Assembly (NCBI GenBank): GCA_020341815.1
Contig: CP070837.1
Span: 1,044,575 to 1,108,574, forward strand
Source: Candidatus Omnitrophota bacterium
Lineage (GTDB): Bacteria > Omnitrophota > Gorgyraeia > JAFGHF01
Reading direction: 5' to 3'
DNA length: 64,000 nt
A program made the position numbers and the translations under genes. Below the pieces are notes generated by a model. That model was not told the DNA's origin and did not search any database. It saw nothing but the letters and a program-made list of their open reading frames with translations. How positions within the stretch are numbered: the stretch's first letter is position 1; each line of letters starts with the position of its first letter. Below, one piece after another: positions 1 to 8,878 of this stretch.

Positions 1-2
1 AG

Positions 3-1121
3 AAAGCTAAACAGGATTTTCTTGATCTCTTATTGGTTTTTGCCTCGGCAAAGTTTGACCAGCAAAATCTTCTTCGGGGCATCAAATCCGTCTGTCGGGA
101 TGCAACTATAGTCGGCTGTTCAACCGCCGGAGAGATAACTACCGCCGGGCCTGCAAAAAATTCCGTGGCAATAATGGGATTTAAATCCGACTCTTTAGAA
201 TTTGCCACAGGCCTGGGCTGCGGCCTTTCCGAAGATGCCCGCGGCGCAGGACAAAAATGCGCCCAGCAGGCAATTAGAACAAGGATACGCAAGAGACATG
301 CCCTTGTCATGTTACCTGACGGCCTCTCCGGAAACGGTGCCGATGTAATCAGGGGCGCGCAGGAAGTTCTGGGGACAAGCTTTCCTATCGTGGGAGGTTC
401 CGCCGGCGATGACTACCTTTTTAAAAAAACCTACCAATATTACCAGGACAAGGTGCTTAGCGATTCGGTGGTGGGAATTCTCTTCGGAGGAGAAATCTCC
501 ATAGGCATCGGTATAAGGCACGGCTGGGCCCCTATCGGCAAGGCGCATCAAGTTACTAAAAGCCGCGGCAATGTCATCGAGGGGCTCGACGGAAAAGAGG
601 CCTTGAGGATCTACCAGGATTATTTTGGAGACGAAGCTCAGCAGTTAAAAGAACTCTCCTGGGCAAAAATCGGCACAATTTATCCTCTGGGCATGTCCAT
701 ACCGGATGAAGAGGAATATCTTATCAGATATGCCTCCCGAGCCACGCCTCAAGGCGCGCTCGTCTGCGCTGCGGAAGTGCCGCAAGGCTCCCAGGTGCGT
801 TTAATGATTGCCGATAAAGACAGGGTCTTAAATGCTGCTCGGGAAGCCGCCACAAGAGCCAAAGAAGGATTAGAAGAGGCTAAAATTTCAGCAATAATTG
901 TCTTTGATTCCATAGCCCGTAAAAGGATTTTAGGAAGGGGCGCCTCGGCAGAAATCGAAGTTATTAAAAAAACTCTGGGGAAGAACATTCCTGTAATCGG
1001 ATTTTACAGCTATGGAGAGCAGGCCCCTTTGGGGGCGGAAAGATACGCAGGCATTTCCTATTTCCACAACGAAACAGTGGTAATCCTGGCTATAGCCGAA
1101 GCCGGCCAAAAAGAAAGATAA
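3..1121 (+). CDS. FIST-domain sensory protein (5' partial, reading frame open to window edge)
   Basis: The 362-aa ORF has no in-frame stop upstream back to position 3. The Gly-rich IVGGSAGDD / GIGIRHGW pattern is typical of FIST N/C domains. It lies immediately upstream of a histidine kinase. Confidence 0.55.
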   Translation, partial: KAKQDFLDLLLVFASAKFDQQNLLRGIKSVCRDATIVGCSTAGEITTAGPAKNSVAIMGFKSDSLEFATGLGCGLSEDARGAGQKCAQQAIRTRIRKRHALVMLPDGLSGNGADVIRGAQEVLGTSFPIVGGSAGDDYLFKKTYQYYQDKVLSDSVVGILFGGEISIGIGIRHGWAPIGKAHQVTKSRGNVIEGLDGKEALRIYQDYFGDEAQQLKELSWAKIGTIYPLGMSIPDEEEYLIRYASRATPQGALVCAAEVPQGSQVRLMIADKDRVLNAAREAATRAKEGLEEAKISAIIVFDSIARKRILGRGASAEIEVIKKTLGKNIPVIGFYSYGEQAPLGAERYAGISYFHNETVVILAIAEAGQKER

Positions 1122-1125
1122 GAAA

Positions 1126-2613
1126 ATGTTCGATCTAAATATAGGCGTAATGTCCGTTATCGCCAGCATCACAATCGTCAGCGCCTTTATTTATCTGGTT
1201 ATCCTTACCGAAAGACAGAGAAGAAGCAGACAAAGCCTGCAGCGCTCTTTGGATAAGCTAAAGAAGGCCTACGATGAATTAGACGAACAGGCAAAAATTA
1301 TCGTAAAGAAGGACCTGGAGCTTAATAAAACCCAGGAAGAATTGGATAAAAAACTTAACAGTCTTTATACCTTGCATAAATTAACCAAAGCCATCAGCTC
1401 CACTTTCGATACAGAAAAATTATTTTCCCAGATTAATAAATCATTTATCTCGGAATTGGGATTTGATAAGGGCTTGATTGTCCTGATAGATAAAGGCACG
1501 AAGGAGCCGTCCTTTCCTGTGGCCGTAGGTTATCCTGCCGAAAAACAGGAAGAAATTAAAAAGTTTTTAATCCGGGAAAGTGTACTGGATAAAGTTAATC
1601 AGCCTTTATTGCTCGATACCAGCCTTTCGCTCGGCGGCGCAAAAGAAGAACTGTTTCGATTGCTTGATTTATCCTCTCTTTGTCTGGTGCCGATTATATC
1701 ACAGGAAGCCAAGCTCGGCCTGCTTATGGTAGGCACAGAACTTCCTTATGTCAGGGCCACCGAAGGCGACCTGGAAATCCTATCTATCCTTGCCGGACAG
1801 ATTGCTGCCGGCGCCGAAAACGCCAAGCTTTACGAAGAGCTCTGGCTATCGCATCAACACCTGGAGCAAAGAGTAACTCAAAGAACACAGGAGTTGGCCT
1901 CGGCCAATGAGAAGCTTAAAAAGATAGATAAATTAAAGTCGGAATTTGTCTCGGCGGTCTCCCACGAATTACGCACGCCCTTGACTTCCATTAAAGGCTA
2001 TGCCGCTATCCTGATGGCGGGAAAACTGGGGGCGGTACCTCATCCGGTCAAAGAACGTCTGAATAAAATCAATAAACATTCCGACAGCCTGACCAAGCTC
2101 GTCAATGACCTTTTGGATATCTCCAGAATCGAATCGGGCAAAGTAGGAATGAGATTACAAAAACTCCACCTAAAAGATGCGCTGGATGAAGTCCTGGACA
2201 TAATGGCGCCGCAAATAAAAGATAAAAAAATTCAGCTTTCTGTGGAAGGAATCGATAAACTCCCTGCCTGTATGGGAGATAAGGTTCAACTGACGCGAGT
2301 CCTGACCAATTTATTAGGCAATGCCATTAAGTTTACTCCCGAAGAAGGAAAAATATCCATCAAAGCCAAAAGCAACAAAGACTTCCTGCAAATAGATATC
2401 CGCGACTCCGGTATCGGCATTGCCGAGAAAAACCTGGCAAATATTTTTGAAGAGTTCTATCGTGAAGACAACGCCGTTAACCAGCAGGTAAAGGGAACGG
2501 GCCTGGGACTTTCCCTGGTTAAGCGTATCATAGAGGCGCACAAGGGTAAAATCTGGGCCAGCAGCAAACCCGGCAAAGGCGCGATCTTCAGCTTCACATT
2601 ACCTAAGGCATAA
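1126..2613 (+). CDS. sensor histidine kinase (TM, coiled coil, GAF-like region, HisKA, HATPase_c)
   Basis: N-terminal hydrophobic segment. H-box SHELRTPLTSIKGYAAIL. N/G boxes LLGNAIKFT and GTGLGLSLVKRIIEAHKGKIW. Confidence 0.88.
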   Translation: MFDLNIGVMSVIASITIVSAFIYLVILTERQRRSRQSLQRSLDKLKKAYDELDEQAKIIVKKDLELNKTQEELDKKLNSLYTLHKLTKAISSTFDTEKLFSQINKSFISELGFDKGLIVLIDKGTKEPSFPVAVGYPAEKQEEIKKFLIRESVLDKVNQPLLLDTSLSLGGAKEELFRLLDLSSLCLVPIISQEAKLGLLMVGTELPYVRATEGDLEILSILAGQIAAGAENAKLYEELWLSHQHLEQRVTQRTQELASANEKLKKIDKLKSEFVSAVSHELRTPLTSIKGYAAILMAGKLGAVPHPVKERLNKINKHSDSLTKLVNDLLDISRIESGKVGMRLQKLHLKDALDEVLDIMAPQIKDKKIQLSVEGIDKLPACMGDKVQLTRVLTNLLGNAIKFTPEEGKISIKAKSNKDFLQIDIRDSGIGIAEKNLANIFEEFYREDNAVNQQVKGTGLGLSLVKRIIEAHKGKIWASSKPGKGAIFSFTLPKA

Positions 2614-2736
2614 ATAGTCGCTGGTCGCTAGTATCTAGTATCTAGTTAAAAACTTTTTTATATAATCTTTAATATTTATAAGTGTTTTTATTGTTTTTTA
2701 TTTTACTAAATACCAGATACTAGCGACTAGATACTG
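2614..2736. repeat. palindromic intergenic element, copy 1 (inverted arms of TAGTCGC/TAGTATC heptads around an AT-rich core)
   Basis: Left arm atagtcgctggtcgctagtatctagtatctagtt (2614-2647). Right arm accagatactagcgactagatactg (2712-2736) is its near reverse complement. A near-identical copy is at 14277-14389. Confidence 0.6.
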
Positions 2737-2758
2737 TTGAGAACGGAGTGAGCAACGA

Positions 2759-3688
2759 ATGGCAAAAAAACGCATATTAATAGTTGATGACGACCCGGAT
2801 ATCTTAGACGTGCTGCGTCTGGCTATTCCGGAAGAAGAATATGAAGTAGTCGAGGCGCATGATGGACAAGAGGCCCTGGATAAGGCATATGAGCGCCCCC
2901 CGGATCTAATTATTCTGGATTATATTATTCCCAAGATAGACGGCCGCAGCGTCTGCCAGAAGCTAAAAAAAGATATCCTCTTACGCCACATGCCTATTAT
3001 TATGCTGACCGGAAAGGGTGAAGTAAAAGATAAGGTCGAAGGATTAGACGCCGGAGCAGATGATTATATCGTTAAGCCTTTCGAACCGCAGGAGCTCTTA
3101 GCGCGCATCAGGATGATTCTCAGGCGCAGCCAGATAGATTTAGATGCCGCTCCCTTAACCCGCCTTCCCGGAAACGTCTCCATCTTCAATGAAATCGACA
3201 GAAGAATTAAAAACAGGGAGAAATTCGCGGTCGGCTATATCGATATGGACAAGTTCAAAATCTTTAACGATAAATACGGCTTTACCTGGGGAGACCGCAT
3301 TATCCAGGAAAGCGCCCGTGTCATCGTAAAGACAGTGGAAGAAAAAGGCGACCCCGATGATTTCGTCGGGCATATCGGCGGGGATGACTTCGTAATAGTT
3401 ACCTCTCTTGCCACTATCGAAGAAATCTGCCGGCAAATCATCAAAGAGTTTGACGAAGTGACTAAAAAGCTCTACAACCCCCAAGACCTGAAAAAAGGCC
3501 ACATCATAGGTAAAGACAGGCAGGGAAAGACCGTTAAGGTAGGGCTGATTACTATTTCCATAGGCGTAGTTACCAATGAGCACCGCAAGTTTACCCACGT
3601 AGCCCAGGTCGCAGAAATCGGCGCCGAGCTAAAAGAATATGCCAAGACAAAAAAGAAAAGCAATTATGTGAAAGACAAGCGTAAATAG
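2759..3688 (+). CDS. response regulator with REC domain and GGDEF-like domain (motif GGDDF)
   Basis: REC hallmarks ILIVDDDPDIL and DLIILDYIIPKIDG. C-terminal GGDEF-family pattern IDMDKFKIFNDKYGFTWGDRII ... GHIGGDDFVIV. Confidence 0.8.
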   Translation: MAKKRILIVDDDPDILDVLRLAIPEEEYEVVEAHDGQEALDKAYERPPDLIILDYIIPKIDGRSVCQKLKKDILLRHMPIIMLTGKGEVKDKVEGLDAGADDYIVKPFEPQELLARIRMILRRSQIDLDAAPLTRLPGNVSIFNEIDRRIKNREKFAVGYIDMDKFKIFNDKYGFTWGDRIIQESARVIVKTVEEKGDPDDFVGHIGGDDFVIVTSLATIEEICRQIIKEFDEVTKKLYNPQDLKKGHIIGKDRQGKTVKVGLITISIGVVTNEHRKFTHVAQVAEIGAELKEYAKTKKKSNYVKDKRK

Positions 3689-3719
3689 GTTTTCAAAGCA
3701 AAACATTGGAAATTAAAAA

Positions 3720-3750
3720 GAGCCCCAAAAATCTTGGGGCTCTTTTATTA
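3720..3750. terminator. bidirectional rho-independent terminator hairpin
   Basis: An 8-bp GC-rich stem gagcccca/tggggctc with a 7-nt loop. It is flanked by an A-run upstream and a T-run downstream. It sits between the plus-strand RR gene end and the 3' end of the minus-strand tRNA-Leu. Confidence 0.6.
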
Positions 3751-3754
3751 TCTG

Positions 3755-3841
3755 GTGCGCAGGGCGAGATTTGAACTCGCACAGGGTTTCCCCCACTACC
3801 CCCTCAAAGTAGCGTGTCTACCAGTTCCACCACCTGCGCAA
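3755..3841 (-). tRNA. tRNA-Leu (anticodon GAG), type II with long variable arm, CCA encoded
   Basis: Manual fold of the reverse complement. Acceptor GCGCAGG/CCTGCGC, D-arm GTG-GAACTGGTAGA-CAC, anticodon stem CTACT/GGTAG with loop TTGAGGG, T-arm GCGAG-TTCAAAT-CTCGC, discriminator A, CCA. Confidence 0.85.
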
Positions 3842-3930
3842 ATTGCCTCAAAAAACTACAGTAAATCTTTAGCCTCCTAAAACATTTGCTAAGTTGTCAA
3901 ATTTCTTTAAAGATGTTATCGCTGGTGATA

Positions 3931-5364
3931 TCATGATTTTTGTCTTTGCCTAACTTTCCATAAAAAATACAAGTCTTGGCTACGTATTGTTTCTTCTAGA
4001 TCACTTTTTGCCATTGTCCTTTTAGTGAGCTCTGCAATGATTTTGACTAGTCCAAGTGCACTGGCGGCAGCGATAAGTCCGTCCGGAAGAAGCCCAGAAT
4101 ACATGCCAAAAGATATAGCTCCGGTCCAAGCAATGATTTCTCGTCTTACGCCTTTAATCAATGAGCGTTGAGCTGATTTTATTCTAGTATCAAGTAAACT
4201 CAATTTAGGTCTGATTATATCTTGGAAAATTGCTTGAGCATCGCGTTTTGAAAAATTTTTACCACTTTTTCTGTATTCATTAATTGCCTTATTGAGAACA
4301 TTTCGAAATAAAATAAAAGATTCTTCCTCTCCAGCTCTAAGTTTAAGAATTTCTAAAGGATCAATATCCTCAATGAATGGAACTAAACAGGTCATATATT
4401 TTTGTATTATTTGATTCCGTTGTTCAATGTTTGGATCTAATGAGATTTCTCTCAAAAAATCAATATGGAGTATTCGTTCGGTAAGAAACGATGTATTAAG
4501 ACACTGTGCTGTTGCCAATTCAAAATTGATATTTTCGTAATTTTTTTTCGCTAGGTATTCTGCATATCCAATTTTTTTAAGAGCAGTTCTGGATAAATGA
4601 ATTTCTTTACCCTTTTTAATTTTGGCAATAATATGTGGTATTTTTTTTAAGGGCACTGGCATTTTTTCCGCTACATTAACTGTGGCTCCATGTTCAAGCA
4701 ATATTTCTGGTCCATGTGCATCTACAACATATAATCCTTTCTCCATTCTTACTGAAGCTTTGATTTGATTGTTGAATCGGTCGATTAGTTTTGTTAATGC
4801 TTTTTTTAATCTTCTATCATCTTTCTGTCCAAGAGAGTGTTTTGCTAAACAGTGCGTACAAAAATAGGGGGCTGTAATAGGGACAATCTTTTCTGCTTTT
4901 ATTAGAGGGCGTAGATAATTTAAAATAAGTAGGTCTTCAGCGAAATCTTTTTGAAATTTTCTTACATCAGATAAATTTTTTTTATTAGAGTGTTCAACGT
5001 GATCAGCTAAAAAATTCCGTATATAAACTTTATCGCTATAAAAAGCTGCGAATTGTGCCAATTGTTTTACGTAAGCCATCCTACAATCAAAAACAACGCA
5101 AGGCCATCGACTACCGCCGAGCGAAAATGAAGCAGAATGAGAAAACACAGATTCTTCCCTTGGCAATTTTTTGACAGAAGTAAGTTCCAATGATTGTTTA
5201 GAAAAATCGATAATATCGATTGGTGAGGCATGTTCAATCTGAAAAAGATTCAGTTTGCCATTACGCATAAATTTTGATTTATCAATCTGTTCAAATAAAA
5301 GATTTTTCATTATTTTCCTATTTACTGATATTAAGGAAAGGGTAAATTTACTGTTTGAATCCAA
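3931..5364 (-). CDS. hypothetical protein, 477 aa, AT-rich, no domain recognisable by eye
   Basis: Long uninterrupted ORF in a markedly AT-rich segment flanked by tRNA-Leu and tRNA-Gln. No motif I can assign. Confidence 0.5.
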   Translation of the reverse strand: MDSNSKFTLSLISVNRKIMKNLLFEQIDKSKFMRNGKLNLFQIEHASPIDIIDFSKQSLELTSVKKLPREESVFSHSASFSLGGSRWPCVVFDCRMAYVKQLAQFAAFYSDKVYIRNFLADHVEHSNKKNLSDVRKFQKDFAEDLLILNYLRPLIKAEKIVPITAPYFCTHCLAKHSLGQKDDRRLKKALTKLIDRFNNQIKASVRMEKGLYVVDAHGPEILLEHGATVNVAEKMPVPLKKIPHIIAKIKKGKEIHLSRTALKKIGYAEYLAKKNYENINFELATAQCLNTSFLTERILHIDFLREISLDPNIEQRNQIIQKYMTCLVPFIEDIDPLEILKLRAGEEESFILFRNVLNKAINEYRKSGKNFSKRDAQAIFQDIIRPKLSLLDTRIKSAQRSLIKGVRREIIAWTGAISFGMYSGLLPDGLIAAASALGLVKIIAELTKRTMAKSDLEETIRSQDLYFLWKVRQRQKS

Positions 5365-5409
5365 TCCCAGAACTCTTTAGCTTTCTTAATCTCCTCAAGC
5401 ATATCCGTA

Positions 5410-5483
5410 TGGCTGCCGAGCCAGGATTCGAACCTAGACTAAATGGTCCAGAGCCATTCGTGCTACCATTACACCACTCGGCA
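5410..5483 (-). tRNA. tRNA-Gln (anticodon CTG)
   Basis: Reverse complement folds with acceptor TGCCGAG/CTCGGCA, anticodon stem AATGG/CCATT with loop CTCTGGA, T-arm with TTCGAAT loop, discriminator G, CCA encoded. Confidence 0.8.
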
Positions 5484-5500
5484 ATATTTGCTTCTATATT

Positions 5501-6802
5501 TTATAACAGCTTTAGCGCCTGCGTCAATCTTGCACTAACTCTTTCCCTGCCTAAAGCTGCCATAGTCTCAAAAAGTCCCGGGCCCACTCTTTTGCCGGTA
5601 AGGGCTACCCTGACCGGGTGTATCAAATCCCCGCTTTTGATGCCCTCTTTGGCAATCAGGTCCCGGCAGCTATCCTCAACGGTCTTTATATCAAAAGAAT
5701 CTATTTTCTCTAAGACTGCGATTAGTTTGGTAAAGATATCCTTTGTGTTTTTCTTCTTCTGCAAGAATGTCTTTGCCTCAGGCGCAAACTCAATCTTATC
5801 CACAAAGAAAAAATCAGCCAACTCGGGGAAATCCGAAAGCTTCTTAACCCTTATCTTAAACAGTTCTACAATCTCGGTGAGCTTCTTTTTATCATAATCT
5901 TTATTGATATATTTTTTCTGAATCAAAAATGGCGCTATGAGCTCGGTTAATCTCTTTGTATCCAATTGCTGAATATACTGACCGTTCATCCACTCTAATT
6001 TTTCCGGATTAAATGCGGCGGCGGTCTTGAGCACTCTCTCCAGAGTAAACTCCCTGATTATCTCTTCTTTTGAGGCGATTTCCTGACGGGCGCCCAAAGA
6101 CCAGCCCAGAAGCGCCAGAAAGTTAAATAAAGCCTCCGGCAAATACCCCTGCTCGCGGTAATAAGAAACCGGCATTGCCCCTTTGCGCTTGGAAAGGCGC
6201 GAGCGGTCAGCCGCCACAATCAAAGGTATATGGGCAAAGCGCGGCAGGCTAAACCCTAAAGCCTCATAAATAGCCATCTGCTTAGGCGTATTGGAAATAT
6301 GGTCTTCGCCGCGGATGATGTGGGTAATTTTCATATCGTGGTCGTCAATTACGCAGGCAAAATTATAGGTCGGTGTGCCGTCGGATTTCATCAATACCTG
6401 ATCCTTAAAAGAACCGGCGGCAAACTCAATCGGGCCGCGGATTATATCGTCAAACCTGAAAGGCTTCTGGGGAACGCGTAAAATAATCGCCGTTCCTTCA
6501 GAATAGGCCTTTTTCTCATCCAGGAGTTTCTGGGCATATTTTTTATAAATAGGAAAACGTTGGCTTTGAAAATGAGGCCCCTCATCCCAATGCAAGCCCA
6601 GCCATTTAAGGTCTTCTAAAATCTGATCCAGATAAACCTTCTCCGAGCGGGCCTTATCGGTGTCCTCGATCCTCAAGACAAAGACTCCCTTGTTGTGGCG
6701 GGTGAACAGCCAGTTAAATAAAGCGGTCCTTACTCCCCCGATATGCAAATATCCCGTCGGGCTGGGCGCAAAGCGCGCTCTTACTATTTCTTTATCGGCC
6801 AT
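5501..6802 (-). CDS. gltX: glutamyl-tRNA synthetase
   Basis: N-terminus RFAPSPTGYLHIGGVRTALFNW (HIGH motif) and overall class I GluRS pattern. Lies 18 nt upstream of tRNA-Gln. Confidence 0.85.
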   Translation of the reverse strand: MADKEIVRARFAPSPTGYLHIGGVRTALFNWLFTRHNKGVFVLRIEDTDKARSEKVYLDQILEDLKWLGLHWDEGPHFQSQRFPIYKKYAQKLLDEKKAYSEGTAIILRVPQKPFRFDDIIRGPIEFAAGSFKDQVLMKSDGTPTYNFACVIDDHDMKITHIIRGEDHISNTPKQMAIYEALGFSLPRFAHIPLIVAADRSRLSKRKGAMPVSYYREQGYLPEALFNFLALLGWSLGARQEIASKEEIIREFTLERVLKTAAAFNPEKLEWMNGQYIQQLDTKRLTELIAPFLIQKKYINKDYDKKKLTEIVELFKIRVKKLSDFPELADFFFVDKIEFAPEAKTFLQKKKNTKDIFTKLIAVLEKIDSFDIKTVEDSCRDLIAKEGIKSGDLIHPVRVALTGKRVGPGLFETMAALGRERVSARLTQALKLL

Positions 6803-7328
6803 GCCTGGTGCCTTCCTCCAATGCCTTTTGATTAATTTCTATCAGATGCTGCTTATCCTTGGGAGCAATCTGGCGAAAAACCGACAAGACGCTCTCGAGT
6901 TTTAAAATATTTTTATTCTTCAAATAGGCCCCCAAAGCTACCATATTAGCCACGCGCACATCACCCAAGGAAGTGGCAATCTCGGTAAAAGAGATATTGC
7001 GCACATCTATTTTATCGGGCAAGGAGCCTGTCTTAATCAGGCTTGAATTCACCAAGGCCAGGCCCCCTTTTTTCACTCTTTCTTTAAACCTATCCCAGGA
7101 AGGCTGGTTAAAGACGAAAAGTGTATCCGTTTTATCTACATAAGGAGAGGCGATTTCTTCATCGGAGATAACCACCATACAATAGGCGCATCCGCCGCGC
7201 ATGGCCGCCCCATAAGAAGGCATCCAGGTCGTCTTTTTATTTTCCTCTAGCGCCGCCTGGGCCAGCACCTTACCCAGAAGCATTATCCCCTGTCCGCCGA
7301 AGCCGGCGCAGATAATCTCTTCTCTCAC
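6792..7328 (-). CDS. 2-oxoacid:ferredoxin oxidoreductase gamma subunit
   Basis: MREEIICAGFGGQGIMLLGKVLA ... typical POR/KOR gamma N-terminus. Last gene of the por delta-alpha-beta-gamma series. Confidence 0.8.
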   Translation of the reverse strand: MREEIICAGFGGQGIMLLGKVLAQAALEENKKTTWMPSYGAAMRGGCAYCMVVISDEEIASPYVDKTDTLFVFNQPSWDRFKERVKKGGLALVNSSLIKTGSLPDKIDVRNISFTEIATSLGDVRVANMVALGAYLKNKNILKLESVLSVFRQIAPKDKQHLIEINQKALEEGTRHGR

Positions 7329-7435
7329 CCCGCTCTTCCCTTTCTTCCTAACGCCAAGGCTTTATCCCCATCCTTTTCTTCTACCACCTTCGCCCATATC
7401 TCTTATACAAAGCATAGTATTTGGAAGGGCGGGGC

Positions 7436-7609
7436 TCATTTTAATGAAAAGGGTTTATTCACGCCCAACATTTTTTTCCATATTTTATAAGCTTTTTTAT
7501 TAAAAGTATACTTTAAGTGGAAATTGACAAATTTCAAATAATCATCCATTGATAGCCATTTTGCATCAGGAATACCTTTTTTAATAATGGGTAAATTTAA
7601 TTTTTTCAT
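7436..7609 (-). CDS. small ORF (57 aa), possible partner of the adjacent nucleotidyltransferase
   Basis: Manually translated as MKKLNLPIIKKGIPDAKWLSMDDYLKFVNFHLKYTFNKKAYKIWKKMLGVNKPFSLK. Below the ORF-track cutoff. Lies in a stop-codon-rich AT-rich spacer. Weakly similar to the 61-aa ORF at 51826-52011. Confidence 0.3.
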   Translation of the reverse strand: MKKLNLPIIKKGIPDAKWLSMDDYLKFVNFHLKYTFNKKAYKIWKKMLGVNKPFSLK

Positions 7610-7619
7610 TCTGCAATCT

Positions 7620-8150
7620 TTATATGCTTTCTAATATCTCGTTGTAGATTTCTTTTGTTCCATATTTTAGACAAAGTTTCTGGAATTTTTTGCTTTTGAA
7701 ATCTACCTCATTAATTCTGATTAAATTAATGATATCCGGCAAATCTTTAATATTACGGACCTTAGGATTATATTTAATTGAATGGAGCTTGAGCGCAATT
7801 AAATTGTATAATGAAGGGACTGTGAACTTTTGTCCCGCTATATTAATTTCTTTTCCATCTTTAATGATCTCGAGTAAAGTTTCTTTGTCCACAAACATAA
7901 AATCTATATCCCATAGATTATATTTGCTACTTTTAAGCCGAGTAAATACTTTCTGGGTATAGTCTTGTTTATAGCCTGCCTCCTTCAATAAGCCCGCTAT
8001 TTTTTCAAAATCCTCTTTAGTAATCAAAAAATCAACGTCTGCAGTCTGCCGCGTGTATTTATAATAATTAACGGCAAATCCGCCAACTAAAATACAAGAG
8101 ACGCCTGCTTTTTTAGATATAGCTGAAATGAGATGAAAAACTGTAGTCAT
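7620..8150 (-). CDS. minimal nucleotidyltransferase-fold protein (DUF6036/AbiEii-like), AT-rich insert in the por operon
   Basis: N-terminal ILVGGFAVNYY ... ADVDFLI matches the hG[GS]...D.D NTase signature. Paralogous to ORF 51971-52417. Its start codon overlaps the porB stop (ATGA). Confidence 0.6.
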   Translation of the reverse strand: MTTVFHLISAISKKAGVSCILVGGFAVNYYKYTRQTADVDFLITKEDFEKIAGLLKEAGYKQDYTQKVFTRLKSSKYNLWDIDFMFVDKETLLEIIKDGKEINIAGQKFTVPSLYNLIALKLHSIKYNPKVRNIKDLPDIINLIRINEVDFKSKKFQKLCLKYGTKEIYNEILESI

Positions 8151-8875
8151 TTAAACTTCCCCAAAGGAAATGTCTTGGTCATCTCACTCCCCACCCATTG
8201 CCAGGCACCCTGAGGCGTCTTTTTCCAGCAGACAGGACAGGGAGAGAGTATCTCTACAAGCGAAAAACCTTTATTCTCAAGCTGATTTATAAAGGCCTCT
8301 TTCAGGGCCTTTTTGGTCTTGATTACCCCGCCTACAGAATCCAGGGCCACCCGCTCCAGGGACCTTACAGCCGGCAGAACAGCTAACAACTCACAAATCT
8401 TTAAAGGGTATCCCTCAAGGGCGGGATTTCGCCCCAGAGGAGTGGTAGTGGTCTTCTGCTTCAATAAGCTTGTCGGGGCCATCTGCCCACCGGTCATTCC
8501 GTAAATCGCGTTATTGATAAAAGCCACGCTTAAGTTTTCTCCGCGATTAGCCGCATGGATTGTCTCGGCAGTGCCGATAGCCGCTAAATCCCCGTCGCCC
8601 TGATAGGTAAAGACAAACCTATTCGGCTGCGTGCGCTTAATGCCCGTAGCCACTGCCAGGGCGCGGCCGTGAGCAGCCTCACAGCAGTCAAAGTTCCAGT
8701 AATCATAGGCCACTACCGCACAACCCACGGGACAGACGGCAATAGTCTTTTCCCTGATTCCCAGCTCATCAATCAGCTCACAAATCAGCCGATGTACTAT
8801 GCCGTGTCCGCAGCCTGCGCAATAATGCGTATCTACATCTCGCAATGATTCAGGACGGGTAAATATCTTTTCCAA
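8147..8875 (-). CDS. 2-oxoacid:ferredoxin oxidoreductase beta subunit (TPP-binding)
   Basis: CAGCGHG ... GDGD TPP-binding pattern typical of POR/KOR beta. Confidence 0.85.
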   Translation of the reverse strand: MEKIFTRPESLRDVDTHYCAGCGHGIVHRLICELIDELGIREKTIAVCPVGCAVVAYDYWNFDCCEAAHGRALAVATGIKRTQPNRFVFTYQGDGDLAAIGTAETIHAANRGENLSVAFINNAIYGMTGGQMAPTSLLKQKTTTTPLGRNPALEGYPLKICELLAVLPAVRSLERVALDSVGGVIKTKKALKEAFINQLENKGFSLVEILSPCPVCWKKTPQGAWQWVGSEMTKTFPLGKFK

Positions 8876-8878
8876 GAA

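Noticed and set aside
5355-5897. 180-aa plus-strand ORF
   Set aside because: It overlaps tRNA-Gln and lies antisense to the well-supported gltX. Low-complexity translation. Spurious.
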